DNA of 64,000 nucleotides. Source: Candidatus Hydrogenedentota bacterium (GTDB taxonomy: Bacteria; Hydrogenedentota; Hydrogenedentia; Hydrogenedentales; SLHB01). Under the pieces are notes generated by a model, which was given only the letters and a program-made list of their open reading frames with translations, searched no databases and had not been told where the DNA came from. The position numbers and the translations under genes were made by a program. Below are positions 9,406 through 19,163 of this stretch, piece by piece; position 1 is the first letter of the stretch, and every line of letters starts with the position of its first letter. The stretch is from positions 320,001 through 384,000 of the forward strand of contig CAXXTH010000018.1 in the NCBI GenBank assembly GCA_963668025.2, in the 5' to 3' direction.

Positions 9406-10077
9406 GTAAAAAACCACGCCCAGAGGACGTGGCTTTGCTTTGGCCACTCAGAGAGTGGCTGAGTGCTTGCACCCAAAGGATGCAAGCGTGGGTTGTGTTC
9501 CGCAACACCGCTTGGTTCAGTACTTCAATTTTAGCTGTTCATCGTGACGTTCCGCTTCTTCCTGGAACTTCACGTACTTGCGGATCATTTCTTCGTTAAG
9601 CCCCACGGTATCCACGCAATATCCAGGTGCCCAGAAATGATTGCCCCAATAGGGCTTCTTTTTCAAATGCGGAAACTGCTTGAATATCCGGATCGCCGTA
9701 CGCCCCTTCAAAATGCCCGCCAGATCCGATATCGACACCTTTGGCGGAACCATCACAAGCAAATGCACGTGCTCGGGCTGTACATTCAATTCGAGCACCT
9801 CGCATCCTTGCTGCCCACAGAACATTTGGATACAGGTGTAGACCTCCTTGCCCACCGGTCCCGTCAAAACCCGGTAGCGGTATTTGGGCACCCATACCAT
9901 GTGATATTGGCAATACCATATCGCATGTGATAATTTGCGGAAACGACTCATTGGCATCTCCTTCCTCGGTGTTGCGGAACAACACGAGTGTAGGGGATGC
10001 CGATGGGCTCAAACAGGCTGAGCCAAAGGCCCTATGACCACGTCCAAAGGACGTGGGTTTCTAGGTCGCACCAAAAC
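9406..10077 (-). mobile_element. IS200/IS605-family element (tnpA only)
   Basis: Subterminal hairpins CCACGxCC...GGACGTGG at both ends; limits defined by identity with the second copy at 16091-16531. Confidence 0.85.
9517..9957 (-). CDS. tnpA: IS200 HUH Y1 transposase
   Basis: YHMVWVPKYR, HVH, FWAPGY..DTVG, IRKYVKFQ. Confidence 0.95.
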   Translation of the reverse strand: MPMSRFRKLSHAIWYCQYHMVWVPKYRYRVLTGPVGKEVYTCIQMFCGQQGCEVLELNVQPEHVHLLVMVPPKVSISDLAGILKGRTAIRIFKQFPHLKKKPYWGNHFWAPGYCVDTVGLNEEMIRKYVKFQEEAERHDEQLKLKY

Positions 10078-10135
10078 GCAAAGAAAAAGCCCCAAGAGCC
10101 TGCTTTCGCAAGTCCTTGAGGCTAAAGGCTTTAAG

Positions 10136-10212
10136 TGGCGGGAGCGACGAGACTTGAACTCGCGACCTTCGGCGTGACAGGCCGACGTTCTAACCAACTG
10201 AACTACGCCCCC
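10136..10212 (-). tRNA. tRNA-Asp(GTC)
   Basis: GGGGGCGTAGTTCAGTTGGTTAGAACGTCGGCCTGTCACGCCGAAGGTCGCGAGTTCAAGTCTCGTCGCTCCCGCCA; 77 nt cloverleaf with encoded CCA. Confidence 0.97.
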
Positions 10213-10258
10213 GTAGCTCGATTCAGCACGCATATCATTGCGCCGCCAAACGTCGCGT

Positions 10259-10288
10259 TTTATATCATATGCTCGAAGAGCAAGTCAA
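10259..10288 (-). promoter_or_regulatory. Probable sigma70 promoter of tRNA-Asp
   Basis: TTGACT-N18-TATAAA with extended TG. Confidence 0.5.
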
Positions 10289-10474
10289 ATTTCCCAGACA
10301 CGCTGCAGCGGTGAAGAATAGCGGCGCCCCAGGGTCAGGCGTTGAGGTGATGCGGGTTAGACGGGGGGTGGCGAGGCCGACAGGCGACAGGAGGGGCAGC
10401 GGCTGTGCGTAAAGCCGGTGAATGGATGGGCGAGACGTGTAGGGCGGCGGCGCAACCGGGAACGCGCGGGCGCC

Positions 10475-11210
10475 CTATGCGGAACTGAAGCGGATCTGGA
10501 TGGCCTCGGTGCAGAGGGCGTCATATTGTTCGCGGGACAGGGTGGCGTTGCGCAGGGCTTCGAGGAGGCGATGGGCAAGGTTTCTGGCGGAGCCAAAGCC
10601 TTTTGGAAAGTGGGCGGCCAGAAGGCTGCCATCCTCCAGGAGTTGCATGAGCAGATGGGCTATCTGCATCAAGAGGTAGTAGATCTTACTGGCCTGTTCG
10701 TTTTGGGTATAGGCGTGTTCGAGGTTGTAGCCGCCGTTTTTCTGCACGTTGAATGCTTCATTTTCAATCTTCCAGCGTAAGCGTCCTCCTTCATTGGCCA
10801 AGGCGGCCGCATTGTGCGCGGATACGGGCACGTTGGTCACCCATTTGAACTTGGTTTTCTTCATCATGCCTTCTGCGTCCGGGCGGGTGTCCACGCATTC
10901 GAGCACGGACGGGATGTGTTCCCGCCGCTCGGAGTCGCGGTAGGGGATGTCGTTGAACCAGCGAAACTGCTGGTGGATTTCCTTCTTGCTGCCGCAACGC
11001 CACGTAAGCTGGTTTTCGGGCGTCGCGGCCGCGAGGCTCTCGAATTCCTCGTTCACGGTGGCCAATTGGTCGTCCGTGAGCATAATCATGAACTTCCAGC
11101 CATATTGCTCGCACAGCCGAAACACCGGTCCCGTGGCGTACAGGCCGTCCATCGCCAACAGCAGCGGCAAGCGGGGGAATCGGGCATGCAGGCGTGGGGC
11201 CAGCCGGTAG
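10475..11210 (-). pseudogene. C-terminal half of interrupted DDE transposase
   Basis: DGLY, GRLRWKIENEAFNVQKNGGYNLEH; joins in frame with 12581-13289 (KAFYRL|APRL) after removing ISKra4. Confidence 0.85.
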
Positions 11211-12580
11211 GGGTGCTCCCTCAATATGATAACCTCAATTGACCCCGTGGCGGGCCACGTGTTGCCAGAACTGGTCCCAACGGCCCTCGGTCATCTCCAG
11301 CGACCTGAGCGCGATCACCGCGCTCGCGCCCGCTTCCTTCCACCGCATCCCGGAGCATGCCAGGCGTTGCTTGATCAGCGTCTTGCACGCCGCCTCCGTC
11401 ACTCCGCTGCCGATGGGAAGGCGCTCCGCCGTGTGCCGCCAGTATTGCATCTTCGAGCGGTGATTGCCGAAGTAGGTGATCGCCTTGCCGAGTTCCTCGC
11501 GGCAAGCCTGGGCGCGCACGCTTGGCAAGCTCGCCTTCATCTCCTCCAGCAAGCGTCCGGCTGCGCCCCTCGTGTGCTTCAGCCGGTGACTCCAGTCCGC
11601 CTCCCACTCCCGGCGGCGCGCGCCATGACCGTGAATCGCCTCCGCCGCCTTCCCCACGTATTCCCGCGCGTGATAGAAATCCAGCATCTGCCGGTCCGTG
11701 CGCGGCGTCAAAAACTTCCAGTTGTCCGGCGCGCCGTCGGCCAGGCCGATATACAGCGCCGCCGGGTGCCTCGCCCTCACGCGCTCCACCTCGCGGCCGA
11801 AGCGCTCGAGGAAAGTCTGCTTGCCGTACTCGGGCGATGCGCCCGCGTAGATCGTGTGCAGCCGCTCCCCGTCCTTGTCGTACAGGCTGATGGACCCGCA
11901 CATCGCCTGACGCCAGCCGTCCTCCCTGAGCAGCATGCAGGTGCCGTCCAGGCCCACGGCCACCGACGCGACCGGCCTGTCCAATTCCGGCAGCTCGTAC
12001 TCCCACGTCTCCTCCCTGGCCTGCGCCAGGGCGCCCACAAAATCGCCGATCTTCTTCACATAGTCGCGCGAGATTGCGCGGCCTGTCGACTCGAGCAGGT
12101 CGCGGCGCATGACATCGGCGCCCATGCGGGAGTATTTGCCGCTGACGATCCGGGCGTAGCGCGGCGTGGCGTTCATGACCATTCGCGCGTCCCGCTCCAG
12201 CGGGCAGAAGGTGCGCCCGCCCGTGGCGGTGTTCTGGTAGACGTGCCGCTCGACGCGGACCGGGCCGTGGGGCGTCTCGTAGGTCTGGCCGAAGCGCCCC
12301 TTGGTTTTGAAGGTGGTGGCGCCGACGCGGATGGGCGAGCCGTCTGTGTCGAAACGGGCCAGGGCCTCGGCCATGACTGCGCGCCCCACCCCGTTCAGGG
12401 CCTCCTGGACCGCCTCCTCCATATCGAGCATCGAACCACGCAGCCTCAGCGAGAAACTCACCTCGAACGTGTCGCCGTCGCGCCTTGTCACCATCGCTGC
12501 CATCGGTCTTCCTCCGTTAAGGGTCCGGCATACTTATCGACCCGACACGAGGATTTCTTTAGCATTCTGCGGGAACACCA
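11211..12580 (-). mobile_element. ISKra4-family IS
   Basis: Imperfect TIRs GGGTGCTCCCTCAATATGATAA / TGGTGTTCCCGCAGAATGCTAA; TSD (A)GCCGGTAG at 11202-11210 and 12580-12588. Confidence 0.85.
11235..12503 (-). CDS. ISKra4 family transposase
   Basis: LDGT, ADGAPDNW, LDFYHA, PIGSGVTEAACK..IKQRL..SGMRW. Confidence 0.92.
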   Translation of the reverse strand: MAAMVTRRDGDTFEVSFSLRLRGSMLDMEEAVQEALNGVGRAVMAEALARFDTDGSPIRVGATTFKTKGRFGQTYETPHGPVRVERHVYQNTATGGRTFCPLERDARMVMNATPRYARIVSGKYSRMGADVMRRDLLESTGRAISRDYVKKIGDFVGALAQAREETWEYELPELDRPVASVAVGLDGTCMLLREDGWRQAMCGSISLYDKDGERLHTIYAGASPEYGKQTFLERFGREVERVRARHPAALYIGLADGAPDNWKFLTPRTDRQMLDFYHAREYVGKAAEAIHGHGARRREWEADWSHRLKHTRGAAGRLLEEMKASLPSVRAQACREELGKAITYFGNHRSKMQYWRHTAERLPIGSGVTEAACKTLIKQRLACSGMRWKEAGASAVIALRSLEMTEGRWDQFWQHVARHGVN

Positions 12581-13289
12581 GCCGGTAGAAAGCTTTGGTC
12601 TCGCAATCCTGCTTGCGTTGTTGCTCGCTTTTCGCCAGGTCTTTCTCTGGATTCTCAATGAACTCCGTCATGAGCGAAAAGACCCACCCGTTTGGCGTGA
12701 CGATCTTGGACTCCAGCACGGGATGGTAGTAGGTGATCTTGCCGCTCTTGTGCTTGCGCGTGAGGCAATGGGCGCAGTGGCGATGATCATAACTGCGTGT
12801 CCCCGTGGCGTCGATGGCCGCCACGTAGTAGCGCCCGAACAGGCGGTGGGGGTACAACACCTTCTTGTCGATGAGCGTCTGCGTCATGCCGGAAACGAGT
12901 TCCTGGACCGCCTCGAACGGCAAACCGCGAAATACCCCGTTCATCGTATCGCCATGCGGCACGCTGTCCACGTCAAACAAGACCTTGTACAGATGGACCA
13001 TGAACGTCGTGTACAACTGCAGGCGGACTTGCCGGCGCGCCCCGAGCCGGCATGCGAACATCAGCACTCCCAAGAACACCAGCGACGCGACACTGTAGTC
13101 CACGTCGCCGGCTTGCTCGGGTTTGCGGGGATCGGGCAAGCCCGCAAAGCGCTTGCGCACCGGGCCAAAGAAGTGGGTGAACGTCCTCAAGAAGGCCCGG
13201 ATGATTTCCGGATGCTCTTCTTGCGGGTTTGCAGGAACTGCCGTTGGGCCGCGCCCATGGCCTCGACGAGCTTCTTGAGCTTTTTCCAT
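12581..13289 (-). pseudogene. N-terminal half of interrupted DDE transposase
   Basis: LPDPR, VPHGDT, AIDATG, HCAHC, KQDCETKAF. Confidence 0.85.
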
Positions 13290-13534
13290 TCCTCAATCCA
13301 TTGCGCCACTTCGCGGCGCAATTCACGGGGCACGTGGAGGGTGCGGGTCTTCCCGCCCTCCTTCCACGTCAGCAGGGCCGTTTCATGGATCGGCCCTTCC
13401 TGGACGCACCGGCAGCGCGGGTTCCCGCAGCGGCTGCGGGTGATGGTGAGCGTGGCGGGAAGAAAGGGCCCCAGACGCGCCAGGCGCGCCTGGACCTTGC
13501 GTCCCGCCGAGTTCGTGACAGGTTTCCCTTCCAT
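13187..13534 (-). CDS. DUF6788-like small IS-associated protein
   Basis: RCGNPRCRC..G..H...LTWKEGGKTRT; overlaps the transposase 5' end in the -1 frame. Confidence 0.75.
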   Translation of the reverse strand: MEGKPVTNSAGRKVQARLARLGPFLPATLTITRSRCGNPRCRCVQEGPIHETALLTWKEGGKTRTLHVPRELRREVAQWIEEWKKLKKLVEAMGAAQRQFLQTRKKSIRKSSGPS

Positions 13535-13776
13535 GTACGGAAGTATATATACTTCCGTACCAGAAGTCAACAAAAAAAAGCGCCGATGCGAAGAAAAAAC
13601 TCCCCGCACCGGCGCATCCTCAACTCATTCAACTGCTTCTACGCGAAAAAAAAGCGGTTCTTCACCGCTGGACACGCTGGGCCTGCGTCAAAAAAGTGGG
13701 TTTTCGTTTCCCCCCCCTTTTTTTGGCCCGATGTATGTAGTAAGATTACTACAATAAATAGAGAGGAGAACCAATC

Positions 13777-14157
13777 ATGGCCAATAAACGCACGCTGGAA
13801 GAAAAACGCTTGGACTTGCTCGAACAATTGGGCGAAATACGAACCTTGAGAAAAGGATCCCTCAATGAACAATGGTTTCCCTCTATCAAGGACGGGAAAA
13901 AAACGCGAGAGTTACGCGGACCCTATTACTTATGGACAAGCAAGAAAAACAATAAGACCGTGAGCGAACGCATTTGCGGCGAGCAAGAATTGAACCGCGC
14001 GCGTCAGGATGAGGAAAACTATAAACGTTTCCGGGATGTATGCAGACAATTCGAGTCGGTGGCCCAAGAACTGGGCGAACTGGAACGGATGCAGAGCGCC
14101 GAACAAGACGCCCTCAAAAAAAAACGCAAGCCGCCATCGAAAAAGACGCCGAAGTAA
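13777..14157 (+). CDS. DUF6788-like orfA of ISKra4-like element
   Basis: LRKGSL...GPYYLWTSKKNNKTVSERI; SD GAGGAG. Confidence 0.75.
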   Translation: MANKRTLEEKRLDLLEQLGEIRTLRKGSLNEQWFPSIKDGKKTRELRGPYYLWTSKKNNKTVSERICGEQELNRARQDEENYKRFRDVCRQFESVAQELGELERMQSAEQDALKKKRKPPSKKTPK

Positions 14158-15461
14158 CGCGGATTTTCAACGCGGCAAAACGCGCGGCGGGAACGGATCT
14201 CGAAGCATTGGAACAAGCCCTGCGCGGCGCGGCCCTCATGGGAGGGGCCAAGGCGCTCGATGCCTTTTTAAGAAAGGTGGGCGTGGGCCGGCGCGGGGAA
14301 AAAGCGCGTTGCTCATGCATGGCGGTAATGAAAAGCCGTGGCCTGAAGACAAAAACCATCGTCACTCTTTTGGGCAAGATCCGCTTTACGCGCACCGCCT
14401 ACCGGTGCCCCCGGTGCGGCAAATGGCGGTATCCCGGCGACGAGGAGCTCGATGTCGCCAACACGCGCTATTCGCCGGGCGTGCGGCGTCTCGTGGCGGA
14501 TTTCGCCAGCGACGCCCCATTCAAAAGGGTGTCGCAACAACTGAAAGCAGCCGCCGGACTCGTGATCAGCCGCAAGGACTGTGAGCGTATCGCGGAACAG
14601 ACCGGCCAGCAAGCCGCCCACTGGTTCGCGCAAGAACGGGACCGTATCCGATTCCAGGAACCGCCGCCTCCCGATGCCGCCAAAACTATCGAGACCCTTT
14701 ACATCGAGTTCGACGGCAGCGGCGTTCCCATGGTGCCCGAGGCGCTCGAAGGCCGCAAGGGAAAATATCAAAACGGCAAGCCCAAAACCCGCGAGGTGAA
14801 AATCGGATGCGTTTTTTCTCAAACCGCCTTCAACGAAAAAGGCCGCCCCATCCGGGATAGGGGCTCCGCCAGTTTCGTGGGCGCCATCGAGACGTCCGAA
14901 CAGTTTCAATGGCGCATCTACGCCGAGGCCGTCCGCCGCGGATTGTTCAGGGCCAAACGCGTCGTATGCCTCACCGATGGGGCCGAATGGATACGAAACA
15001 TCGTACAAACCCATTTTCACGCCGCCATCCACGTAGTCGACTTGTATCACGCGCGCGAGCATCTCGGGAACCTGTGCAAATTGTTGTTTGGACGCGACGA
15101 AAAACGTTTGGCCTTGTACAAGGGCAAATGGTGGGACGATCTGGATGAGGGAAAGATCGAAACCATCGTGGAAGAAGCCGCCGTGCTGTTGCCAAACAAT
15201 GGGCCGGATGCCAAAGAAGCCGTTACCGCCATCGGCTATTTTGAGACGAACAAAGAACGCATGCGCTACAACGATTTTTTTGCCAAGGGACTATTCGTTG
15301 GCTCGGGAGTCATTGAAGCGGCGTGCAGGACGGTCGTTGGCCAGCGTATGAAGCACTCCGGTATGGAATGGACCGTCCGTGGCGCAAATGCCATTACGGC
15401 GTTGCGATGCCTTATTCAATCCAATCGCTTCGAGGAGTATTGGGAACAAAGAACCGGATGA
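14040..15461 (+). CDS. ISKra4 family transposase (probably reached by -1 frameshift)
   Basis: FDGSG, DGAEWI, VDLYHA, VGSGVIEAACR..VGQRMK.SGMEW; A9 run at 14116-14124 in the overlap. Confidence 0.9.
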   Translation: MQTIRVGGPRTGRTGTDAERRTRRPQKKTQAAIEKDAEVTRIFNAAKRAAGTDLEALEQALRGAALMGGAKALDAFLRKVGVGRRGEKARCSCMAVMKSRGLKTKTIVTLLGKIRFTRTAYRCPRCGKWRYPGDEELDVANTRYSPGVRRLVADFASDAPFKRVSQQLKAAAGLVISRKDCERIAEQTGQQAAHWFAQERDRIRFQEPPPPDAAKTIETLYIEFDGSGVPMVPEALEGRKGKYQNGKPKTREVKIGCVFSQTAFNEKGRPIRDRGSASFVGAIETSEQFQWRIYAEAVRRGLFRAKRVVCLTDGAEWIRNIVQTHFHAAIHVVDLYHAREHLGNLCKLLFGRDEKRLALYKGKWWDDLDEGKIETIVEEAAVLLPNNGPDAKEAVTAIGYFETNKERMRYNDFFAKGLFVGSGVIEAACRTVVGQRMKHSGMEWTVRGANAITALRCLIQSNRFEEYWEQRTG

Positions 15462-15538
15462 AAACCCACTTTTTTGACGCAGGCCCAGACACGCTAAATC
15501 ATAGAGCAAATAGAACCGTGGAGCAGCCGCCAGAAATC

Positions 15539-15817
15539 CTAATCGGTTTCCCGCCTGTAATACGTGACGCGATCCTCTACAGGATCGGGGAAGCGCAATA
15601 GGCCGCATTCCGGGCACACCATGATGCTGCTTATATATTGCGCCGCTTTCGACAGCGCCTTGCGCCCGTCTTCGCTGCCAGCTTTGCTTGCCAACACCTT
15701 GGCTTCCAATCGGATAAATTTCTGGTAATCTTGTTCGCGTATGGTCGCATATCGTTGGAAAGGGCATGGTTTTTCCATCACATGCTCCGTAAAACTGTAT
15801 CCGCATTTGCATTTCAT
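15539..15817 (-). CDS. Small Zn-binding hypothetical protein
   Basis: CKCG and CPECG pairs; SD AAGGGGA. Confidence 0.65.
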   Translation of the reverse strand: MKCKCGYSFTEHVMEKPCPFQRYATIREQDYQKFIRLEAKVLASKAGSEDGRKALSKAAQYISSIMVCPECGLLRFPDPVEDRVTYYRRETD

Positions 15818-16090
15818 GGCGAATCCCCTTTATCTAGACCGGTTTAGTTGCCCAAAAGCATATTATGCCTCACGTCATAACACTCCGCAACAGATAATTC
15901 GCAATTTCGCAATCCATCCGATAAAGCGGGGCAATACACCACCCTAACAGAACGGCATGCTCCGGATTGTTTTGAACATGAACGCCAATCGGTTTATCCT
16001 ATTTGCGGGCAGCCCGGCTGGGGTTCCGGAGAGGCTTTGTTTGGGATAGGCAACGCGCCATATCTGGCGGGAAGAAAGGCCAGCGCCATT

Positions 16091-16531
16091 GTAAAAAACC
16101 ACGCCCAGAGGACGTGGCTTTGCTTTGGCCACTCAGAGAGTGGCTGAGTGCTTGCACCCAGAGGATGCAAGCGTGGGTTGTGTTCCGCAACGCCGCTTGG
16201 TTCAATACTTCATTTTTAGCTATTCATCGTGACGTTCCGTTTCTTCCTGGAACTTCACGTACTTGCTGCCCACATAACGTTTGGATACAGGTGTAAACCT
16301 CCTTGCCCACCGGTCCCGTCAAAACCCGGTAGCAATATTTGGGAGCCCATACCATGTGATATTGGCAATACCATATCGCATATGATGATTTGCGGAAACG
16401 ACTCATTGGCATCTCCTTTTCGGTGTTGCGGAACAACACGAGTGTAGGAGATGCCGATGGGCTTAAACAGGCTGAGCCAAAGGCCCTATGACCACGTCCA
16501 AAGGACGTGGGTTTTTAGGTCGCACTAAAAC
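16091..16531 (-). mobile_element. Internally deleted IS200 copy (tnpA pseudogene)
   Basis: Near-identical to 9406-10077 except a 230-bp deletion between CTTGC microhomologies. Confidence 0.9.
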
Positions 16532-16868
16532 AAGAGAGCCACCTGTCTTTTTGTCCGAACATCATGGAAATGCGAGGAACTGGCGGCACAAGGTTCAAGA
16601 GGCATAAAAAACAAAGGGCCTTCTTTCGTTTTTTATGTTGTTATGGCGTATTTCATGTCTTTGTTTTAATGCGATTGCCATGGGCATATTACGTGATCGG
16701 GAAATGGAGTAGGGGACGGCTATATAGCGCCAAGGTAATCTAGGCATGCGCGCATGGGCGCGGTGGCGGGAAACCATAACAGCAACTGGATATATCATGC
16801 TGCACCCAAACGCATCGCCAGCAACACTAAAACGCCTCATTCGAGTTCACCCGTTGGAGGCCCGTTAA

Positions 16869-19118
16869 ATGCATCCACGGCCATTTTGGCACATTGCCGC
16901 GGCAGCCATCCTGCTGATGCTCTATTACCGCAACGGCGCCGCCGTTTTAGCCGCGGCGCTGCTTATCGCGCTGCATTTCATTTTTCGAGCTTTTCGTGAC
17001 CGCCCTTGGCTTTCCCGCATACTTGGAAACACCCCCACTGATAACGAAACGGCGAATGAAGAATCCATATTCTGGCTTCTATCGGGCTTCGCCGTCATGG
17101 CCGTGGCCATCGGGATGCTCGAATGCAGGCAGCCGTATTATTTCACCCAGGATGACAATCAAAACGGTTTACTGCCCGTACTGGTGGATGGCTGCCGAAG
17201 CCTTTTTTCCGGCGTTTTTCCCAACTACAATCCGCACCAGTTCATGGGCTGGTCGCCTATCAGCGAGGGTGTTTTCACCCTCACATATCCCCCCGCGTAT
17301 TTGGCGTATGGGTTCTCGCGTTTTATTTTAGGGGATGAATCGCTTACACTCGAATGCTTGGCCGTCTTCAATCTGCTCTTCGGTTTTGGAGCGGTGTATT
17401 GGGCCGCGCGGCAGTGGGGCGCTAGGCCATCCTTTGCCGCTATCGCGGGCCTTTCCTACATGCTGGCGGGCGTAACACTCATCACCGGGCGCTGCTGGCT
17501 TACCTACATGAACGTGCTGCCGTATTTTCCGCTCTTCTTCGGCCTGGCGGGGCGCATGTATTCGGGGCCAGTAGGCTGGCGCTGGGCCATCACCACCGCC
17601 GCCGCCATCGGCCTGGCCTTTCACGCCTCCTTCGTCCAGCTTTGGGCGTATGGCCTTCTGTATCTGGCCGGAGTGATCGCCGTATTGGTTCTTTTGGGCA
17701 GCGCGCCATGGCGGCGCGCATTATGGTTCATTCCCGCATGCATTCTCGGCATCGCCCTAGCGTCTCCCCTGCTCTATGTTCAATGGGCCTACGCCTCAGG
17801 AGTGAGCCGGCACCATCTCGCCAAGGGTGTCAACCTCTCGGATCTGTGGGCATTCCTGCTTCCATATCCACTTGCATCGGCCAGACATCCGCAGGGTTAC
17901 GGACTCGACCAAATCGAGCATATGGGCCAGTTTTTCTACTCTGGAACTTTGCTGTTCGCCGTTACCGCCATTGCCGCATGCAGCGCCTGCGGCGTGCGCT
18001 GGAACCGGCGCATCTTCTTGGCGAATGTATGGACGCTCGGGGCGGTCTTCGCCTTATTGACTTCGATGGGCGATAAAGGCCTTATTTGGCGCGCCATGTC
18101 GTATGCGCCGCTCCTGAACTATTTTCAAAACGCCGAACGTTTTCTGGCGTTATTCAACATATCCGTGGCGCTGGCTGGAGCGCTATTGCTCAGCCGATGG
18201 GTGGGCGCATTCCGTAACCGGCGGTGGATTGAGTGCGGTTGTTTTGTGTTAGCCGCTGCGTTATTGCTATATCATTGCTCCATCGCCACCTGCACGTTTT
18301 CATTTATTGGCGGCAAGCCATACCCCACCATGCCCGCCTACATGGCGGAGCAATTGGCGCAGCCCGATCCCCTGCGTCCGAAGCGGGTCGCCACCTTAAC
18401 GCCCTGGGACATGGTGCCCGCGTTCCGCTCGGGCGAGCCGGACTTTCCGTTGGGGTTGGATAACAACTTCGCATCAGCCTATGGCCTTTACGCCTTTCAC
18501 GGATATGACCCTCTCGTCTGGAGCCACCATTTTTATGCGGATACGGTTCGGCGCATGGCAGTGCATCATGGCGGCACATCGGGCGCGGAACGATTCGCCG
18601 AAGCGGTGCGCATCGAGGCCCAGACGCGCGATGAAATTTATAAGGCATATGGCGTCCGCTGGGCGGTTATCTATGCGCCTTTGGCGCAATATTTTCTGGA
18701 TGCCTACCCAGAACTGGCCAAGGAGCCCGCGAATCAGCCTGTGTATATTAGAACTATCGAAGGCTCCGCTCCTCTGGCCTTTTATGACGGCCATCCGGAA
18801 CAAGGCTATCCTATCCGCCTCGATGGAAGCGGCGCGCATGTCGAATTGCCGTCCAATAGCCAGGGAGGGCCGTTCATCATCAATGTGCTGGCCTGGCCAA
18901 ATTTTAGAGTTTATGCCGATGGCCATTCCGTGCCATTCTGTCCAGATGAATGGGGGCGCATGCGGCTCGAATTGCCGCCTGAAGTTAAAGAGGTGCATGC
19001 CCTATATCGTCCTCCATGGGGCCGGGGATTTGCGCTCATGGCCGTGCTTTTGGCTCTCGGCGCATGCTGGATGTACAGGCAGCATCACAGCGAGACGCGA
19101 AACGCTTCGACGCCTTAG
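16869..19118 (+). CDS. YfhO-like GT-C membrane glycosyltransferase
   Basis: YFTQDDN, YNPHQFMG, YPP, many TMs, GYDPL, C-terminal YRPPW. Confidence 0.7.
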   Translation: MHPRPFWHIAAAAILLMLYYRNGAAVLAAALLIALHFIFRAFRDRPWLSRILGNTPTDNETANEESIFWLLSGFAVMAVAIGMLECRQPYYFTQDDNQNGLLPVLVDGCRSLFSGVFPNYNPHQFMGWSPISEGVFTLTYPPAYLAYGFSRFILGDESLTLECLAVFNLLFGFGAVYWAARQWGARPSFAAIAGLSYMLAGVTLITGRCWLTYMNVLPYFPLFFGLAGRMYSGPVGWRWAITTAAAIGLAFHASFVQLWAYGLLYLAGVIAVLVLLGSAPWRRALWFIPACILGIALASPLLYVQWAYASGVSRHHLAKGVNLSDLWAFLLPYPLASARHPQGYGLDQIEHMGQFFYSGTLLFAVTAIAACSACGVRWNRRIFLANVWTLGAVFALLTSMGDKGLIWRAMSYAPLLNYFQNAERFLALFNISVALAGALLLSRWVGAFRNRRWIECGCFVLAAALLLYHCSIATCTFSFIGGKPYPTMPAYMAEQLAQPDPLRPKRVATLTPWDMVPAFRSGEPDFPLGLDNNFASAYGLYAFHGYDPLVWSHHFYADTVRRMAVHHGGTSGAERFAEAVRIEAQTRDEIYKAYGVRWAVIYAPLAQYFLDAYPELAKEPANQPVYIRTIEGSAPLAFYDGHPEQGYPIRLDGSGAHVELPSNSQGGPFIINVLAWPNFRVYADGHSVPFCPDEWGRMRLELPPEVKEVHALYRPPWGRGFALMAVLLALGACWMYRQHHSETRNASTP

Positions 19119-19163
19119 CTTGCCTCGCTAAATGACAATAACTCGTGTGGAAAGGGCCTGTAT

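Larger units (their letters stand above)
10306..13670 (-). mobile_element. DDE insertion sequence (ISAs1/ISNCY-like, CAG ends) interrupted by ISKra4
   Basis: TIR CAGCGGTGAAGAA at 10306-10318 and 13658-13670; 9-bp TSD GACACGCTG at 10297-10305 and 13671-13679. Confidence 0.9.
13679..15486 (+). mobile_element. ISKra4-like IS (two-ORF)
   Basis: 27-bp perfect TIR GGGCCTGCGTCAAAAAAGTGGGTTTTC; TSD AGACACGCT at 10296-10304 and 15487-15495. Confidence 0.92.

Noticed and set aside
10080-10212. Integrative element at tRNA-Asp
   Set aside because: No integrase and no duplicated tRNA 3' end seen in the window
11226-13757. 843-aa plus-strand ORF
   Set aside because: Antisense shadow of GC-rich transposases; spans IS junctions and has no motifs
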